The notes beneath the pieces are model-generated. The model saw nothing but the letters and a program-made list of their open reading frames with translations, was not told where the DNA came from and did not search any database. From NCBI GenBank assembly GCA_017439405.1, contig JAFSJF010000142.1, forward strand, positions 191 to 64,190: a stretch of 64,000 nt of DNA, read 5' to 3'. Below, piece by piece: positions 1 through 9,946 of this stretch (position 1 is its first letter; each line of letters opens with the position of its first letter). Source of the DNA: Bacteroidales bacterium (GTDB taxonomy: Bacteria; Bacteroidota; Bacteroidia; Bacteroidales; F082). The translations under genes were made by a program, and so were the position numbers.

Positions 1-1624
1 TCTGCACGCGGTATTCGCTCAGCGGGGTGCGCTTGATGTAGCCGAGGTGCGAGATGGTGATGACCACGGCGTCGTCGGCGATGATGTCTTCCATGCGGAA
101 CTCGCCGGCGGCGGGCACAATCTTGGTGCGACGTGCGTCGCCATATTTTTCTTTGATGACAGTCAGTTCGTCCTTGATGATCTGGAACTGCAATTCCTCA
201 TTTTGTAGAATATCGTGGAAATGCTTGATGCGTTCGTGGATTTCGTCCAACTCGTCCATGATCTTCTTGATTTCGAGGCCGGCCAACTGACCGAGGCGAT
301 AGGCCACGATGGCGCTGGCTTGCGGGTCATCGAAACCGAACTTGTCCATAATAGCTTGCTTGGCCTCAGGCGTGCCGCCCTTACAGGCGCGGATGGTGGC
401 GATGATTTCGTCCACGATGTCGATGGCGCGGGCCAGACCTTCCAAGATGTGCGCACGGTCTTCGGCCTTCTTCAGCTCGAAGCGGGTGCGGCGCAGGATG
501 ACCTCATGGCGGTGTTCCACGAAGTGCTCAATCAACTGCTTGAGGTTCAAGGTATAAGGACGACCGTTGACCAAAGCTACGTTGTTCACGTTGAACGAGC
601 TTTGCAGCGGCGTCATCATGAAGAGCTTGTTCAGCACCACGTCGGGGTTGGCGTCGCGCTTCAGTTCGTAGACCACGCGAATGCCCTTGCGGTCGCTCTC
701 GTCGCGGATGTCGGCGAGGCCTTCCAGCTTCTTTTCGGTAACGAGGTCGGCGGTCTTTTTGATCATTTCGGCCTTGTTGACCTGATAAGGTATGGAGGTG
801 GCGATGATGCGCTCGTGGCCATTGTGTTCCTCGAAATGGGTCTCGCCGCGAAGGATGATGCGTCCCCTACCCGTCTCAAACGCCTCGCGCACGCCTTCGT
901 AGCCGTAGATGACGCCAGCCGTCGGGAAATCGGGGGCCTTGATGTATTGCATCAGCTCTTGCGTGGTGATTTCACGGTTGTCGATATAGGCGATGATGCC
1001 GTCGACGCATTCGCTGAGGTTGTGGGGAGCCATATTGGTGGCCATACCCACGGCGATGCCATTGGTGCCGTTCACAAGCAATGTGGGGATTTGCGTAGGC
1101 AACACGGTGGGTTCTTGCAGCGAGTCGTCGAAGTTGTTCTGGAAGTCGACGGTGTCTTTGTCCAAGTCGTCGAGCATCTCTTCGGCAATCTTTTGCAGAC
1201 GGGCCTCGGTGTAACGCATGGCGGCGGGGCTGTCGCCGTCGACCGAGCCGAAGTTGCCTTGGCCATCGACCAAAGGATAACGCAATGACCAGTTCTGGGC
1301 CATACGCACCATGGCGTCGTAAACGGATGAGTCGCCGTGCGGGTGGTACTTACCGAGCACCTCACCGACGATACGGGCCGATTTCTTGTAGCCGCTGCGC
1401 GAGGTGACGCCCAGTTCCTTCATGCCGTAGAGCACACGACGGTGTACCGGCTTGAGGCCATCGCGCACGTCGGGCAAGGCACGCGAGATGATGACCGACA
1501 TCGAATAGTCGATGTAGGCCGACTTCATCTGGTTCTCAAGGTTGACCTTGATGATTTTTTCCCCTGTGTTCTCAGGCAAGTTATTATCCTGATTTTCAGG
1601 AGTGATGTTGTTATTTTCGTCCAT
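1..1624 (-). CDS. gyrA: DNA gyrase subunit A, N-terminal ~540 codons (gene continues past the left window edge)
   Basis: The reverse frame is open from ATG (1624-1622) to position 1. My translation reads [102 protein letters not shown], the canonical GyrA N-terminus and active-site region. It is absent from the ORF track because there is no stop in the window. The + ORF 215..1288 is its antisense shadow. Confidence 0.93.
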   Translation of the reverse strand, partial: MDENNNITPENQDNNLPENTGEKIIKVNLENQMKSAYIDYSMSVIISRALPDVRDGLKPVHRRVLYGMKELGVTSRSGYKKSARIVGEVLGKYHPHGDSSVYDAMVRMAQNWSLRYPLVDGQGNFGSVDGDSPAAMRYTEARLQKIAEEMLDDLDKDTVDFQNNFDDSLQEPTVLPTQIPTLLVNGTNGIAVGMATNMAPHNLSECVDGIIAYIDNREITTQELMQYIKAPDFPTAGVIYGYEGVREAFETGRGRIILRGETHFEEHNGHERIIATSIPYQVNKAEMIKKTADLVTEKKLEGLADIRDESDRKGIRVVYELKRDANPDVVLNKLFMMTPLQSSFNVNNVALVNGRPYTLNLKQLIEHFVEHRHEVILRRTRFELKKAEDRAHILEGLARAIDIVDEIIATIRACKGGTPEAKQAIMDKFGFDDPQASAIVAYRLGQLAGLEIKKIMDELDEIHERIKHFHDILQNEELQFQIIKDELTVIKEKYGDARRTKIVPAAGEFRMEDIIADDAVVITISHLGYIKRTPLSEYRVQ

Positions 1625-1712
1625 TTTTGGGTTTAGTTTTTCTCTTTAATAAATAAGGATGCAAAAGTAAGAAAAAAAACAATAGGGATTTCAAAAAGTT
1701 GCGTTTTTGACT

Positions 1713-2024
1713 TTACCATAACGCAGCAACGCGCGGAATACTCGACAGCCACTTGCTAATCCTGCTATCATTGCGGGCTGTTTGCATATTATAGCGGGTT
1801 TGAATGTTCATCAGCATATCCGCAGAGATGCCTAAGGCGGCCTCAAACAACAAGGCTGTGGAAGGTGTCAATGGGCGCTTGCCGTTTAGCAGCTCATTCA
1901 ACACTGAATAAGACATACCCACTTGCTTCGCGAAACTGCGCTGCGAAACCTTTCGGGCCTCCAACTCTTCTTTGAGAATGTCGCCCGGATGCGTTGGGCA
2001 AAAAGAATAACCTAAATTTGCCAT
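1713..2024 (-). CDS. higA: HigA-family antitoxin (XRE helix-turn-helix)
   Basis: 103 aa. HPGDILKEELEARKVSQRSFAKQVGMSYSVLNELLNGKRPLTPSTALLFEAALG is the typical HigA/VapI HTH core. Confidence 0.8.
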   Translation of the reverse strand: MANLGYSFCPTHPGDILKEELEARKVSQRSFAKQVGMSYSVLNELLNGKRPLTPSTALLFEAALGISADMLMNIQTRYNMQTARNDSRISKWLSSIPRVAALW

Positions 2025-2030
2025 GAATTT

Positions 2031-2239
2031 TTATTTATAATGTTTTGTCAAATCGATGATGTTACAAACGGTGATCAGTTGCTCGCATTCAATCATTTCC
2101 GAACGGAAAACCACTCGATCCTTGTCGTTGACACGCACAGATTCGTATCCTTTCATGTCGCCTTCAAGCTTTTCATTACTCTTTTTGAAAGACAACTTGC
2201 ATTCCTTCTGTTTTTATCGCTGCAAAAATACGAAATCAT
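2031..2239 (-). pseudogene. Degenerate RelE/HigB-like toxin remnant immediately upstream of higA
   Basis: The reverse frame 2031..2213 reads ..KLEGDMKGYESVRVNDKDRVVFRSEMIECEQLITVCNIIDLTKHYK*, a RelE/HigB-like C-terminal pattern, and stops 6 nt before the higA ATG. It has no usable start except an internal Met. A second frame starting at ATG 2239 gives only 28 aa. The total length is too short for an intact toxin. Confidence 0.4.
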
Positions 2240-2331
2240 CCTAAATGTTCACTTATTTTGCGAACGTTTTTTGCTTGACAAAAAAAAAAATCCCCCAAAC
2301 CCGAAGGCTGGGGATGAGGGTTTTTGTTTCA

Positions 2332-2367
2332 CGCAGAAATCGCAGAATACGCAGAAATCGCAGAATT
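2332..2367. repeat. 4 x 9-nt tandem repeat (cgcagaaat / cgcagaata)
   Basis: Direct reading gives cgcagaaat cgcagaata cgcagaaat cgcagaatt. It is intergenic and abuts the palindrome at 2369. Confidence 0.9.
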
Positions 2368-2368
2368 T

Positions 2369-2396
2369 GTAGAGACACGCCGTGGCGCGTCTCTAC
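2369..2396. repeat. REP-like 28-nt palindrome gtagagaCACGCCGTGGCGCGtctctac (probable terminator of the gene ending at 2400)
   Basis: 13-bp stem with one mismatch. A near-identical copy lies at 13454..13481. Confidence 0.85.
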
Positions 2397-2399
2397 TAT

Positions 2400-3749
2400 T
2401 TATTCCAAATTATCAATGACGTCCTTCAACAGCGCATTGAAGTCGATGGCACGTTCCTTTGGCGAATAACCTAAGATAACGACCACCAAGTCCTTCGACG
2501 GGATGACGAAAATCCTTTGCCCGTCGTGGCCTTTGCAATAGAACATATCCTGCGGCACGTCGGGGAGTTCCTTGCCTTGGTTCAGCCAGAAGAAAGCGCC
2601 ATAGCCCCCCTTGCTGTCGGAGGCCGACGTGGCGGTGTATTCTGTCCAACCTCGGGGAAGCACTCGCAAACTGTCGAAGCAACCGTCGTCGAGGTACAGC
2701 TGCCCGAAGCGAGCAAAATCGGCAGCGGTGATGTAGATATATGACGAGCCGATAGGCGTGCCGCTCATGTCCTGCTCGAAGACCGCGTTGCGGATGCCCA
2801 AGGGGCCGAACAACCTTGTGCGAATGTAGTCAAGGAAGGCTTCGTCGGAGCTGAATTTACTGCGGAGATAGCGCATGACGATGTTGGTGCTGCCGCTGGA
2901 ATAATACCAATAAGTGCCAGGCTCATGTTCGAGTGGCTTTTCTATCGCAAAAAGCCCCATATCCTGTTCGCGGTGTAGCATCAGGTTGACGTCGGAGCGG
3001 GCACCGTAATCTTCGTTCCATTCCAACCCGCTTTGCATTTGCAGCAAGTCGTTGAGGGTGATGTTTTTACGGTCGTCGTTTTGCCATTCGGGAATGTCCA
3101 TTGGCGCATTGACATTTACAAGGCCATCACCTGCCATGACACCCGTCAGGGCGTTAGTGAAGCTCTTGGCCATGCTCCAACTCAGGAGTTTGGTTTCGGG
3201 GCCGATGCCCTTGTCATACCGCTCGGCGACTACTTTGCCCTTGTGGAGCGCCATGAAAGCGAAAGGATGGCCGCTGTAAGTGCGGTCGTCAACCAAAGCC
3301 TTCGCGATAGGCTCCAGTCTTGCCCTCGTGGCGGAATCACCCCAAGCTATCGGTCTGGAAGGCTCGGTTTCAGTAGGAAGCGGAAAAACGTGTTGCCTCA
3401 ATTCGTCGGCAGTGGCGCCGCGCAACAAAGTAACGCCGTAACCATCGCGATAGGCCGCCGTGGACTTGCCCCAAAGGAAACGGCTGGTGACGGTCTTGTT
3501 CTCATAGTCCACCTTGTTGCGATTGAAGCGGATAAAGGAGAACTTGAGATCGAGGGCTTCGACTTCCTTGGCGTCGCGGCCCGAGACGAACACCGCCGAA
3601 GCCAAGTTCTTTGCCGCATAGCCCGTGATGATGGGCATCAGACTGTTCAAATAGATGCAACCGCCGATGATGGCTGCAACAAGCAATGCCCCTACAATGC
3701 GTAAGACTTTTTTCATCTGATTATAGTTTTTTTTAGTATTTAACTGCAT
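2400..3749 (-). CDS. Serine hydrolase, beta-lactamase/PBP4-related family (membrane anchored)
   Basis: 449-aa ORF. It has an S-x-x-K motif in LLSWSMAKSFTNALTG and an N-terminal hydrophobic anchor. An alternative start is MKKVLRIV at 3716. Confidence 0.8.
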   Translation of the reverse strand: MQLNTKKNYNQMKKVLRIVGALLVAAIIGGCIYLNSLMPIITGYAAKNLASAVFVSGRDAKEVEALDLKFSFIRFNRNKVDYENKTVTSRFLWGKSTAAYRDGYGVTLLRGATADELRQHVFPLPTETEPSRPIAWGDSATRARLEPIAKALVDDRTYSGHPFAFMALHKGKVVAERYDKGIGPETKLLSWSMAKSFTNALTGVMAGDGLVNVNAPMDIPEWQNDDRKNITLNDLLQMQSGLEWNEDYGARSDVNLMLHREQDMGLFAIEKPLEHEPGTYWYYSSGSTNIVMRYLRSKFSSDEAFLDYIRTRLFGPLGIRNAVFEQDMSGTPIGSSYIYITAADFARFGQLYLDDGCFDSLRVLPRGWTEYTATSASDSKGGYGAFFWLNQGKELPDVPQDMFYCKGHDGQRIFVIPSKDLVVVILGYSPKERAIDFNALLKDVIDNLE

Positions 3750-3804
3750 GTTCTTTTGACATGGGGCTACGGGACGCAGGACGCAGGACTGGCTTGTGTC
3801 TTTC

Positions 3805-4047
3805 TCATTCCCCAGCGTAATCCACGAAAATCTCGTAGTTTTCGAAAATGATGGTCTCCCCTACCCTGATCTTGGCACGCTTGCGGTATTCCACCTCGCC
3901 GTTGCGGAGTACCATGCCATTGGTGACCACCTCTTGGGCCTCGGCACCGGAATACACCACATCGCAGGCCTTCAATAACGAAATCAAGGGGATGTAGTCT
4001 TCGCCAGCGCGAAGGGAGAAGATGATTCTGTTCAGTTTCCTCGACAT
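3805..4047 (-). CDS. Small S4-domain RNA-binding protein (YbcJ-like)
   Basis: 80 aa. The sequence is ..IPLISLLKACDVVYSGAEAQEVVTNGMVLRNGEVEYRKRAKIRVGETIIFE. Confidence 0.65.
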   Translation of the reverse strand: MSRKLNRIIFSLRAGEDYIPLISLLKACDVVYSGAEAQEVVTNGMVLRNGEVEYRKRAKIRVGETIIFENYEIFVDYAGE

Positions 4048-4114
4048 TTTGACCTGTATTTAGAAAAAAGCCGCCCTCTTTGGGGAAGGCGGCTCAAAAC
4101 TATGATGAATCATT

Positions 4115-6037
4115 TTAATCTGCTTTAGGCTCCTCTTTCGAAGCGGCTTTTTCTTGCTTCTCGAGATTTTCCTTCAGCCCGGCAAGCACTTCGAGGTCGC
4201 CGAGCGTGCTGTGCTCGATGGTCTCGTTGATTTGCTTGACGGCACGTTTGGTCTGCTTGGCGGCTTTCTCTGCTGCTTTGTCTTCCGTTGACTTGGGGGC
4301 TTCCTTCTCTTCAGTCACCTTGGGCAAGGCCAGAATGATCTTCTTGGTGTCCTTGCTGAACTCAAGGATCCTGAATTCGAGGCTGTCGTCAACTTTGGCG
4401 TTGGTGCCGTCTTCCTTCTTCATGTAACGGCTTGGGCAGAAGCCTTCAACACCATAGGGCAACGAGACGAGCAGTCCCTTGTCGTTGGCGCTAATGACAG
4501 TGCCTTGGTGCATGGAGCCGATGGTGAACACGGTCTCGAACACATCCCAAGGATTCTCCTCAAGTTGCTTGTGGCCGAGGCTGAGGCGACGGTTCTCTTG
4601 GTCAACATCGAGGACTACAACGTCAATGGCTTCGCCAATCTTGGTGAATTCGGCAGGGTGCTTGATCTTCTTCGACCAGCTCAGGTCGCTGATGTGTATC
4701 AGGCCATCTACGCCTTCCTCAAGCTCGACGAAGATGCCGAAGTTGGTGAAGTTGCGCACGGTGGCGGTGTGCTTCGATCCGATGGGATAACGGGCTGTGA
4801 TGTTCTCCCACGGGTCGGGCATCAGCTGTTTCATGCCGAGCGACATCTTGCGCTCTTCGCGGTCGAGGGTCAGTATCTTGGCTTCCACCTCGTCGCCCAC
4901 CTTCAGGAAGTCCTGAGCGGTGCGGAGGTGCTGCGACCACGACATTTCAGACACATGGATGAGGCCTTCCACACCAGGGGCAATCTCAACGAATGCACCA
5001 TAGTCGGCGATGACAACGACCTTACCCTTGACAGTGTCGCCCACCTTGAGGTTCGCATCAAGGGCATCCCACGGATGAGGAGTGAGCTGCTTGAGACCGA
5101 GGGCGATACGCTTCTTGTTGTCGTCGAAGTCGAGGATGACGACCTTGATCTTCTCGTCCAACTTGACCACCTCTTCGGGATGGCTGATGCGGCCCCAGCT
5201 GAGGTCGGTGATGTGGATGAGACCGTCAACGCCGCCGAGGTCGATGAACACGCCGTAGCTGGTGATGTTCTTGACCACGCCTTCAAGGACCTGGCCCTTT
5301 TCGAGCTTGCTGATGATTTCGGCCTTCTGGGCTTCAAGCTCGTCTTCGATGAGGGCCTTGTGCGAAACGACCACGTTCTTGAATTCCTGGTTGATCTTCA
5401 CGACCTTGAACTCCATCACGCTGTCAACAAACACGTCGTAGTCGCGGATGGGCTTGACGTCGATTTGCGAGCCGGGCAGGAACGCCTCGAGGCCAAACAC
5501 GTCAACGATGAGACCGCCCTTGGTGCGGCTCTTGACGTAGCCGTTGATGATTTCGCCCGTTTCGTAAGCCTCGTTGATGCGATCCCACGACTTGAGCAGC
5601 AGTGCCTTCTTGTGCGAAAGCACGAGCTGTCCGTTGGGGCCTTCTTGGTTTTCGACATAGACTTCCACCTTGTCGCCAACCTTCAGGTTGGGATTGGTGC
5701 GGAATTCGGCGACGGGAATCACTCCGTCCGACTTGAAGCCGATGTTGACGACCACCTCCCGGTCGGTGATAGAAACCACCGTGCCTTCAATAACTTCGTG
5801 GTCTGCAACTTGGCTCATTGTACCGGCATACTTCTCTTCAAGGTTCTTGCGCTCGTCAGCTGAATAGTTGTCGAACTTCTTGTGCGACGATGTCCAGTCG
5901 AAATCTTCGGCGGGAACGGGTTTCGTCTTAGGGGCCTTAGGTTTCTTTTCCGTGACGGGAGCAGTCTCCACTGGCGTTCCCATGGCGGGTTTTCCCTCGA
6001 CGGGAGCCGCGTTGGTGATGTTTTCGTTTTCTTCCAT
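4115..6037 (-). CDS. rpsA: 30S ribosomal protein S1
   Basis: 640 aa with six repeated S1 OB-fold units, each containing G.V..I..YGAFV.L..GVEGLIH.S-type motifs. The + ORF 4505..5863 is an antisense shadow. Confidence 0.95.
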   Translation of the reverse strand: MEENENITNAAPVEGKPAMGTPVETAPVTEKKPKAPKTKPVPAEDFDWTSSHKKFDNYSADERKNLEEKYAGTMSQVADHEVIEGTVVSITDREVVVNIGFKSDGVIPVAEFRTNPNLKVGDKVEVYVENQEGPNGQLVLSHKKALLLKSWDRINEAYETGEIINGYVKSRTKGGLIVDVFGLEAFLPGSQIDVKPIRDYDVFVDSVMEFKVVKINQEFKNVVVSHKALIEDELEAQKAEIISKLEKGQVLEGVVKNITSYGVFIDLGGVDGLIHITDLSWGRISHPEEVVKLDEKIKVVILDFDDNKKRIALGLKQLTPHPWDALDANLKVGDTVKGKVVVIADYGAFVEIAPGVEGLIHVSEMSWSQHLRTAQDFLKVGDEVEAKILTLDREERKMSLGMKQLMPDPWENITARYPIGSKHTATVRNFTNFGIFVELEEGVDGLIHISDLSWSKKIKHPAEFTKIGEAIDVVVLDVDQENRRLSLGHKQLEENPWDVFETVFTIGSMHQGTVISANDKGLLVSLPYGVEGFCPSRYMKKEDGTNAKVDDSLEFRILEFSKDTKKIILALPKVTEEKEAPKSTEDKAAEKAAKQTKRAVKQINETIEHSTLGDLEVLAGLKENLEKQEKAASKEEPKAD

Positions 6038-6168
6038 TATGTAAAACGATGATGTTGTATTGTACTCGCACGCGTTCCGAAATACGCGATTGAGGTGGTT
6101 AAACTTATTGTTAACTGTCTGAACCGCTGATTTTCAAATCATTCCGGAACGCGGCTCAATTTGGGCTG

Positions 6169-6176
6169 CAAAGATA
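6169..6176 (-). promoter_or_regulatory. Bacteroidetes -7 box TAtcTTTG upstream of rpsA
   Basis: The reverse complement of caaagata is TATCTTTG. It matches the TAnnTTTG consensus, about 130 nt upstream of the rpsA ATG. Confidence 0.4.
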
Positions 6177-6288
6177 CGACTTTTTGGGGTTGCCTTGCAA
6201 AAAAAGCAGTTTTTTTTGATTTTTGTGTATTTGGGAAGGAAGCTGGGCTCGTTTTTGGTTCTTCTTGGCCTCATCTCGTTTTTTTGCC

Positions 6289-6296
6289 TACTTTTG
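6289..6296 (+). promoter_or_regulatory. -7 box TActTTTG upstream of the MscS-family gene
   Basis: TAnnTTTG match 20 nt before ATG 6316. Confidence 0.5.
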
Positions 6297-6315
6297 CAGG
6301 CCAAATTCACAAGCC

Positions 6316-7536
6316 ATGATTGAAAAATACACCCATTGGTTGAAATCCATCGGCGACGCCATGCATCTTTCTGGAGGCATGTCGGTTGCCCTTGCCGAGA
6401 CCATCGTCACGCTTACTTTGGCCTTGGTTTGCGCAATCCTTTACTTTTCAGTGCGTTTCCTCCTGAAGAAGACCGTTTACAAAATCATCCAAAAATCGAC
6501 CAACAAATACGACGATCTTCTCATCAAGAACAAGGTCATCTCGAGACTATGCCTGCTTGTTCCTGCGCTTCTGCTGGGCGCCTACCTGCCCATGGCCCTC
6601 CCCGACTTCCCCGTAACTGCGTCGGCCTTGATGAAGTTGGTCAACATATTCGAAATCATCATCTTCGCCTTGGTAATAAGCGCCATCCTCAGCACCGTCG
6701 AAGACGCCTACAACACCCTGAGAGTCGCCAAGCAGAAGCCCATCACCGGCCTCATACAAGTCTTCAAGATCGTGCTCTACCTCGTTGGTGCCATCGTCGT
6801 CATCGCCTACCTGATGGGCACCAAGATCAGCAACATCCTCATCAGTTTGGGGACGGTTTCGGCGGTCATCATGCTCATTTTCCAAGACACCATCAAGGGC
6901 TTCGTGGGCGGCATACAACTCTCCTCCAACGACATGCTGCGCATCGGCGACTGGATCGTGATGGGCCCCGCCGACGGCACAGTGCTCGAAATCAAGCTCA
7001 CCACCGTGAAGGTGCAGAACTGGGACAACACCATCACCACCATCCCGACCTACAACCTCGTGAGCAACCCGTTCACCAACTGGCGCGGCATGGACGAGTC
7101 GGGCGGCAGGCGCATCGCCCGAACCATCAACATCGACGTGAACACCATACGCTACTGCACGCCCGAAATGCTCGAAAAATACAAGCACTATTCCCTCATC
7201 AAGGACTATCTCGAACAAAAAGAGGAAGACATTCAAGAATACAACAAGGCCAACCGCATCGACACGAGCGAGGTCATGAACGGACGCCAGCAGACCAACC
7301 TCGGCGTGTTCCGCGCCTACATCAAGGCCTACATCGACAACAACCCCAAGCTGAACCACAACCTGACGATGATGGTGCGACAGATGCAGCCCACCGAGTT
7401 TGGCGTGCCGCTGCAAATCTACGCCTTCAGCAGCGACAAGCAATGGACCAACTACGAGGGAATCCAAAGCGACATCTTCGACCACGTCATCGCCGCCGCG
7501 CCCATGTTCGACCTGAAAATCTACCAGAAACACTGA
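6316..7536 (+). CDS. Mechanosensitive ion channel family protein (MscS-like)
   Basis: Multiple TM helices are followed by ..IKGFVGGIQLSSNDMLRIGDWIVMGPADGTVLEIKLTTVKVQNWDNTITTIPTYNL, the MscS beta-domain signature. The start MIEKY is chosen because of the promoter box. The ORF track begins at 6223. Confidence 0.85.
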   Translation: MIEKYTHWLKSIGDAMHLSGGMSVALAETIVTLTLALVCAILYFSVRFLLKKTVYKIIQKSTNKYDDLLIKNKVISRLCLLVPALLLGAYLPMALPDFPVTASALMKLVNIFEIIIFALVISAILSTVEDAYNTLRVAKQKPITGLIQVFKIVLYLVGAIVVIAYLMGTKISNILISLGTVSAVIMLIFQDTIKGFVGGIQLSSNDMLRIGDWIVMGPADGTVLEIKLTTVKVQNWDNTITTIPTYNLVSNPFTNWRGMDESGGRRIARTINIDVNTIRYCTPEMLEKYKHYSLIKDYLEQKEEDIQEYNKANRIDTSEVMNGRQQTNLGVFRAYIKAYIDNNPKLNHNLTMMVRQMQPTEFGVPLQIYAFSSDKQWTNYEGIQSDIFDHVIAAAPMFDLKIYQKH

Positions 7537-7538
7537 CC

Positions 7539-8438
7539 ATGAACGCAGGAAAAGCCTTCACAAAGAAATACCTGAAACTGATGTTCAAACAGCTTCGCGA
7601 CGCCTCGCTCGAAGAGGTGCAGGAAGAACTCGAACACTGCCGCCGCGAGAACCGCAAGCCGGTGCGCGTGCCACGCTATTTCAGGGATTACTTCACGCCT
7701 GCAACCCACACCACCTCGACGGGCCACGAGATGCAATATTTCCTCCACAAACACCCGTCGCGCAAGCTCGTGTTCTACAACCACGGCGGCGCGTTCATCT
7801 ATCCGCCCGTGTTCTTCCATTGGCGCTTCATGCACGACCTGAGCCTACGCGCCCGTTGCGACATACTCATGCCCACCTATCCCAAAGCGCCCGAATACAC
7901 CTGCAAGGACACCGTGCCGGCCCTGCTGGAGTTCTACCACGACGCGGTCGAAAACATGGGCTACGACGAAATCCACTTCATGGGCGACTCGGCCGGTGCG
8001 CACCTCAGCCTCGTGGTGGCGCAAGAAGCCGTCAAGAACGGGTGGAAACGCGCCGACTCGCTGACGCTCCTCTCCCCTTGCCTCGACCTGAGCCACAGCA
8101 AAGAACGGGAAATGAGGGCCTTGCAGCACCTCGACCCCATGCTCCAACTCGACCGCGTCATCGTGCTCAACCGCGTGTGGCAAGGCGACTTGCCCGAAAC
8201 GCATCCTTGGGTCAGTCCCATTTTCGGCGACTTCGGCGGCATCGACAAGCTGAGCGTGTACTACGGCACCGACGAGATCCTCAAGGCCGACGTCGTGATG
8301 CTCAAAGAGAAGCTCGAACAAGAGGGACACCCCGCGCTTTTCCGCGAGTTCGAGGGAATGTTCCACACCTTTGCGATGTTCCCTGTGCCCGAAGGGTTCA
8401 GGGCGGTGCGGGAGATGGCCGCAACCATCAAATCGTAA
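7539..8438 (+). CDS. Alpha/beta hydrolase fold-3 esterase/lipase (HSL family)
   Basis: It has an HGGG-type oxyanion motif (YNHGGAFIY) and a nucleophile elbow (GDSAGAHL). The start is MNAGKAF inside the long composite ORF 6336..8438. Confidence 0.8.
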   Translation: MNAGKAFTKKYLKLMFKQLRDASLEEVQEELEHCRRENRKPVRVPRYFRDYFTPATHTTSTGHEMQYFLHKHPSRKLVFYNHGGAFIYPPVFFHWRFMHDLSLRARCDILMPTYPKAPEYTCKDTVPALLEFYHDAVENMGYDEIHFMGDSAGAHLSLVVAQEAVKNGWKRADSLTLLSPCLDLSHSKEREMRALQHLDPMLQLDRVIVLNRVWQGDLPETHPWVSPIFGDFGGIDKLSVYYGTDEILKADVVMLKEKLEQEGHPALFREFEGMFHTFAMFPVPEGFRAVREMAATIKS

Positions 8439-9131
8439 TCACTTCACAAACTGCGCATTGCATTTCGGATTGGGGCATTTGCCGTCGGCTTCCAGCTTCT
8501 TCCAGTGCGTAGTGAAAGGATACTTCATGCCGCATTTCGGGCAGCAATAGCGCGGCTGATACTTGATCTGGAGTTCGGTAATTTCCTCGTTGATGTCGTG
8601 CTTGCCGCTTTTCGACATCAAGACCAATGTGATTACAACGCCTATCACCAACCCGATGATACGCATAAATCCTAATGATTCTAATGGTATCAAGGAGAAA
8701 ACACCGCCGGCTATCATCGGGACGAAATTCACGATGCGCATCTTCACGTTCTGGCTGTTTTTGAGTTTTGTCTCCTCGGCCTTATACTCCAAATACGCCT
8801 GTTTGATGTCTTCAAACTCCTTGGAATAGTCCGTTTTGGTTTTCTCCTCGGCCTTGCGGCACGAATCGAACACTTTTTTCATGTCGACTTGATAGCCATT
8901 GTCGTCGCCAATGCCACCGAGCCACACCGAATCCGTTTCCTTTACCTTGGCCTTGGCGATGCGCTTGCCGTTGACGAAGGTGCCGTTGGCCGATTCGTTG
9001 TCTTCGATGCTCATCACGCCGTCTTTCCAAAGCAACGAGGCATGGCGACGGCTTACCTTTTTGCAGGATGAAGGCACAAGCAGGACGCTGCCGCCTTCCA
9101 CTTCCCTTCCTATCTTGATTTCGATTTCCAT
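8439..9131 (-). CDS. FHA-domain protein with TM segment and C-terminal Cys4 zinc ribbon
   Basis: MEIEIKIGRE..VSRRHASLLWKDGVMSIEDNESANGTFVNGKRI is the FHA domain. A hydrophobic stretch follows (FVPMIAGGVFSLIPLESLGFMRIIGLVIGVVITLVLM). The tail is CCPKCG...CPNPKC. The upstream part of ORF 8439..9383 overlaps the caspase gene and is rejected. Confidence 0.8.
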   Translation of the reverse strand: MEIEIKIGREVEGGSVLLVPSSCKKVSRRHASLLWKDGVMSIEDNESANGTFVNGKRIAKAKVKETDSVWLGGIGDDNGYQVDMKKVFDSCRKAEEKTKTDYSKEFEDIKQAYLEYKAEETKLKNSQNVKMRIVNFVPMIAGGVFSLIPLESLGFMRIIGLVIGVVITLVLMSKSGKHDINEEITELQIKYQPRYCCPKCGMKYPFTTHWKKLEADGKCPNPKCNAQFVK

Positions 9132-9142
9132 AGTTGTTGTTT

Positions 9143-9946
9143 TTACACTTTTGCGACAATGAGCCGAAGGTCGAACTTCCCGAAAAGCTCGGGCGTTTGC
9201 TTGTGCCTTCGCGATGCCGCCTCGTCCTGGACTTTGTGATACACATAATAATACAACTCCTGGATGGTAACGAACTTGTTGCCGTCGCTGTTGGCTGCGC
9301 CGCCCAAGCCCTCCATCAGGTAATAGGTGAACAAGCCTTGCTGCAAACTGGGAGACTCGATCGAGGTCTCGTCGCCTTGGCACGACATCATCACGGCGAT
9401 GTTCATGTTTCCCGCCGATTTGTGGCCTTTTTCAAGCATTTTCTTCCAATCGGACTTTTGCGTGACGTTTTTCTTCATGCTTCCCGCAAAGCAGGCATCG
9501 GCGAAGAGCAGTTTCGTGTTGCACTTCGCTGCCTTGAAGATCGACTTCACCTCACTGAAATATAGCATGTTGCCTCCCATCAGTGACACGTCATAAGGCA
9601 AAAAACAGCCTTTGTCGCCATGGCCTGAGAAGTAAAAGATGACGCGGTCGTCTTTCTTGGCCTTGGCAAACAAGGCCTTGCCCTTGGCGATGATGTTGGA
9701 CTTCGAGGCATTAGCATCGGTGAGCAGCACAATGTTGGTTGAGGGCACGTTGCCTCCTTTTTTGGATTTCAGGAAGGCGGCGAAGCTGACCGCATCGCTG
9801 ACTGTATAACTGAGGTCGCCGTCGCCAGGGGCGAAATTCTTGTAGTCGGCCACGCCGATGATGAGGGCGTAAGTGTTCTCGTAGGCCGACATGGATGCGT
9901 TCAACCCCATGAGAAACAAAAGCAGAATGACAATCCGTTTTTTCAT
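9143..9946 (-). CDS. Secreted caspase-fold peptidase (C14 family)
   Basis: It has a signal peptide MKKRIVILLLFLMGLNASMSA. The His-Cys dyad sits in canonical contexts: YFSGHGDKG and LLFADACFAGSM. Confidence 0.8.
   Translation of the reverse strand: MKKRIVILLLFLMGLNASMSAYENTYALIIGVADYKNFAPGDGDLSYTVSDAVSFAAFLKSKKGGNVPSTNIVLLTDANASKSNIIAKGKALFAKAKKDDRVIFYFSGHGDKGCFLPYDVSLMGGNMLYFSEVKSIFKAAKCNTKLLFADACFAGSMKKNVTQKSDWKKMLEKGHKSAGNMNIAVMMSCQGDETSIESPSLQQGLFTYYLMEGLGGAANSDGNKFVTIQELYYYVYHKVQDEAASRRHKQTPELFGKFDLRLIVAKV

Noticed and set aside
215-1288. 357-aa + strand ORF (with nested ORFs at 309..557 and 993..1214)
   Set aside because: It is the antisense shadow of gyrA. Its composition is Val/Asp/Gly/His-rich and low-complexity, as is typical of the reverse frame of a GC-rich gene, and the minus frame gives an unmistakable GyrA sequence.
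4505-5863. 452-aa + strand ORF
   Set aside because: It is antisense to rpsA, whose S1-domain translation is unambiguous.
6336-7538. N-terminal 400 codons of the 700-aa ORF 6336..8438 (Arg/His/Pro-rich), and the minus ORF 6547..7533
   Set aside because: These are alternative-frame and antisense read-through of the MscS-family gene. Only the part from ATG 7539 encodes the alpha/beta hydrolase.
8436-8441. Convergent esterase and FHA genes whose stop codons abut with zero spacer
   Set aside because: This is real in the sequence, but I see no hairpin or other signal there. It is probably just compact packing, so it is not reported as a finding.
7820-8512. 230-aa + ORF and minus ORFs 7845..8366 and 7961..8248
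   Set aside because: They are Arg/Pro/Gly-rich off-frame products overlapping the esterase gene, with no motifs.
9132-9383. Upstream extension of the FHA ORF (MPRRRDLDRV...)
   Set aside because: It overlaps the 3' end of the caspase gene in another frame. The FHA domain begins at MEIEIKIG (9131), which leaves an 11-nt gap.
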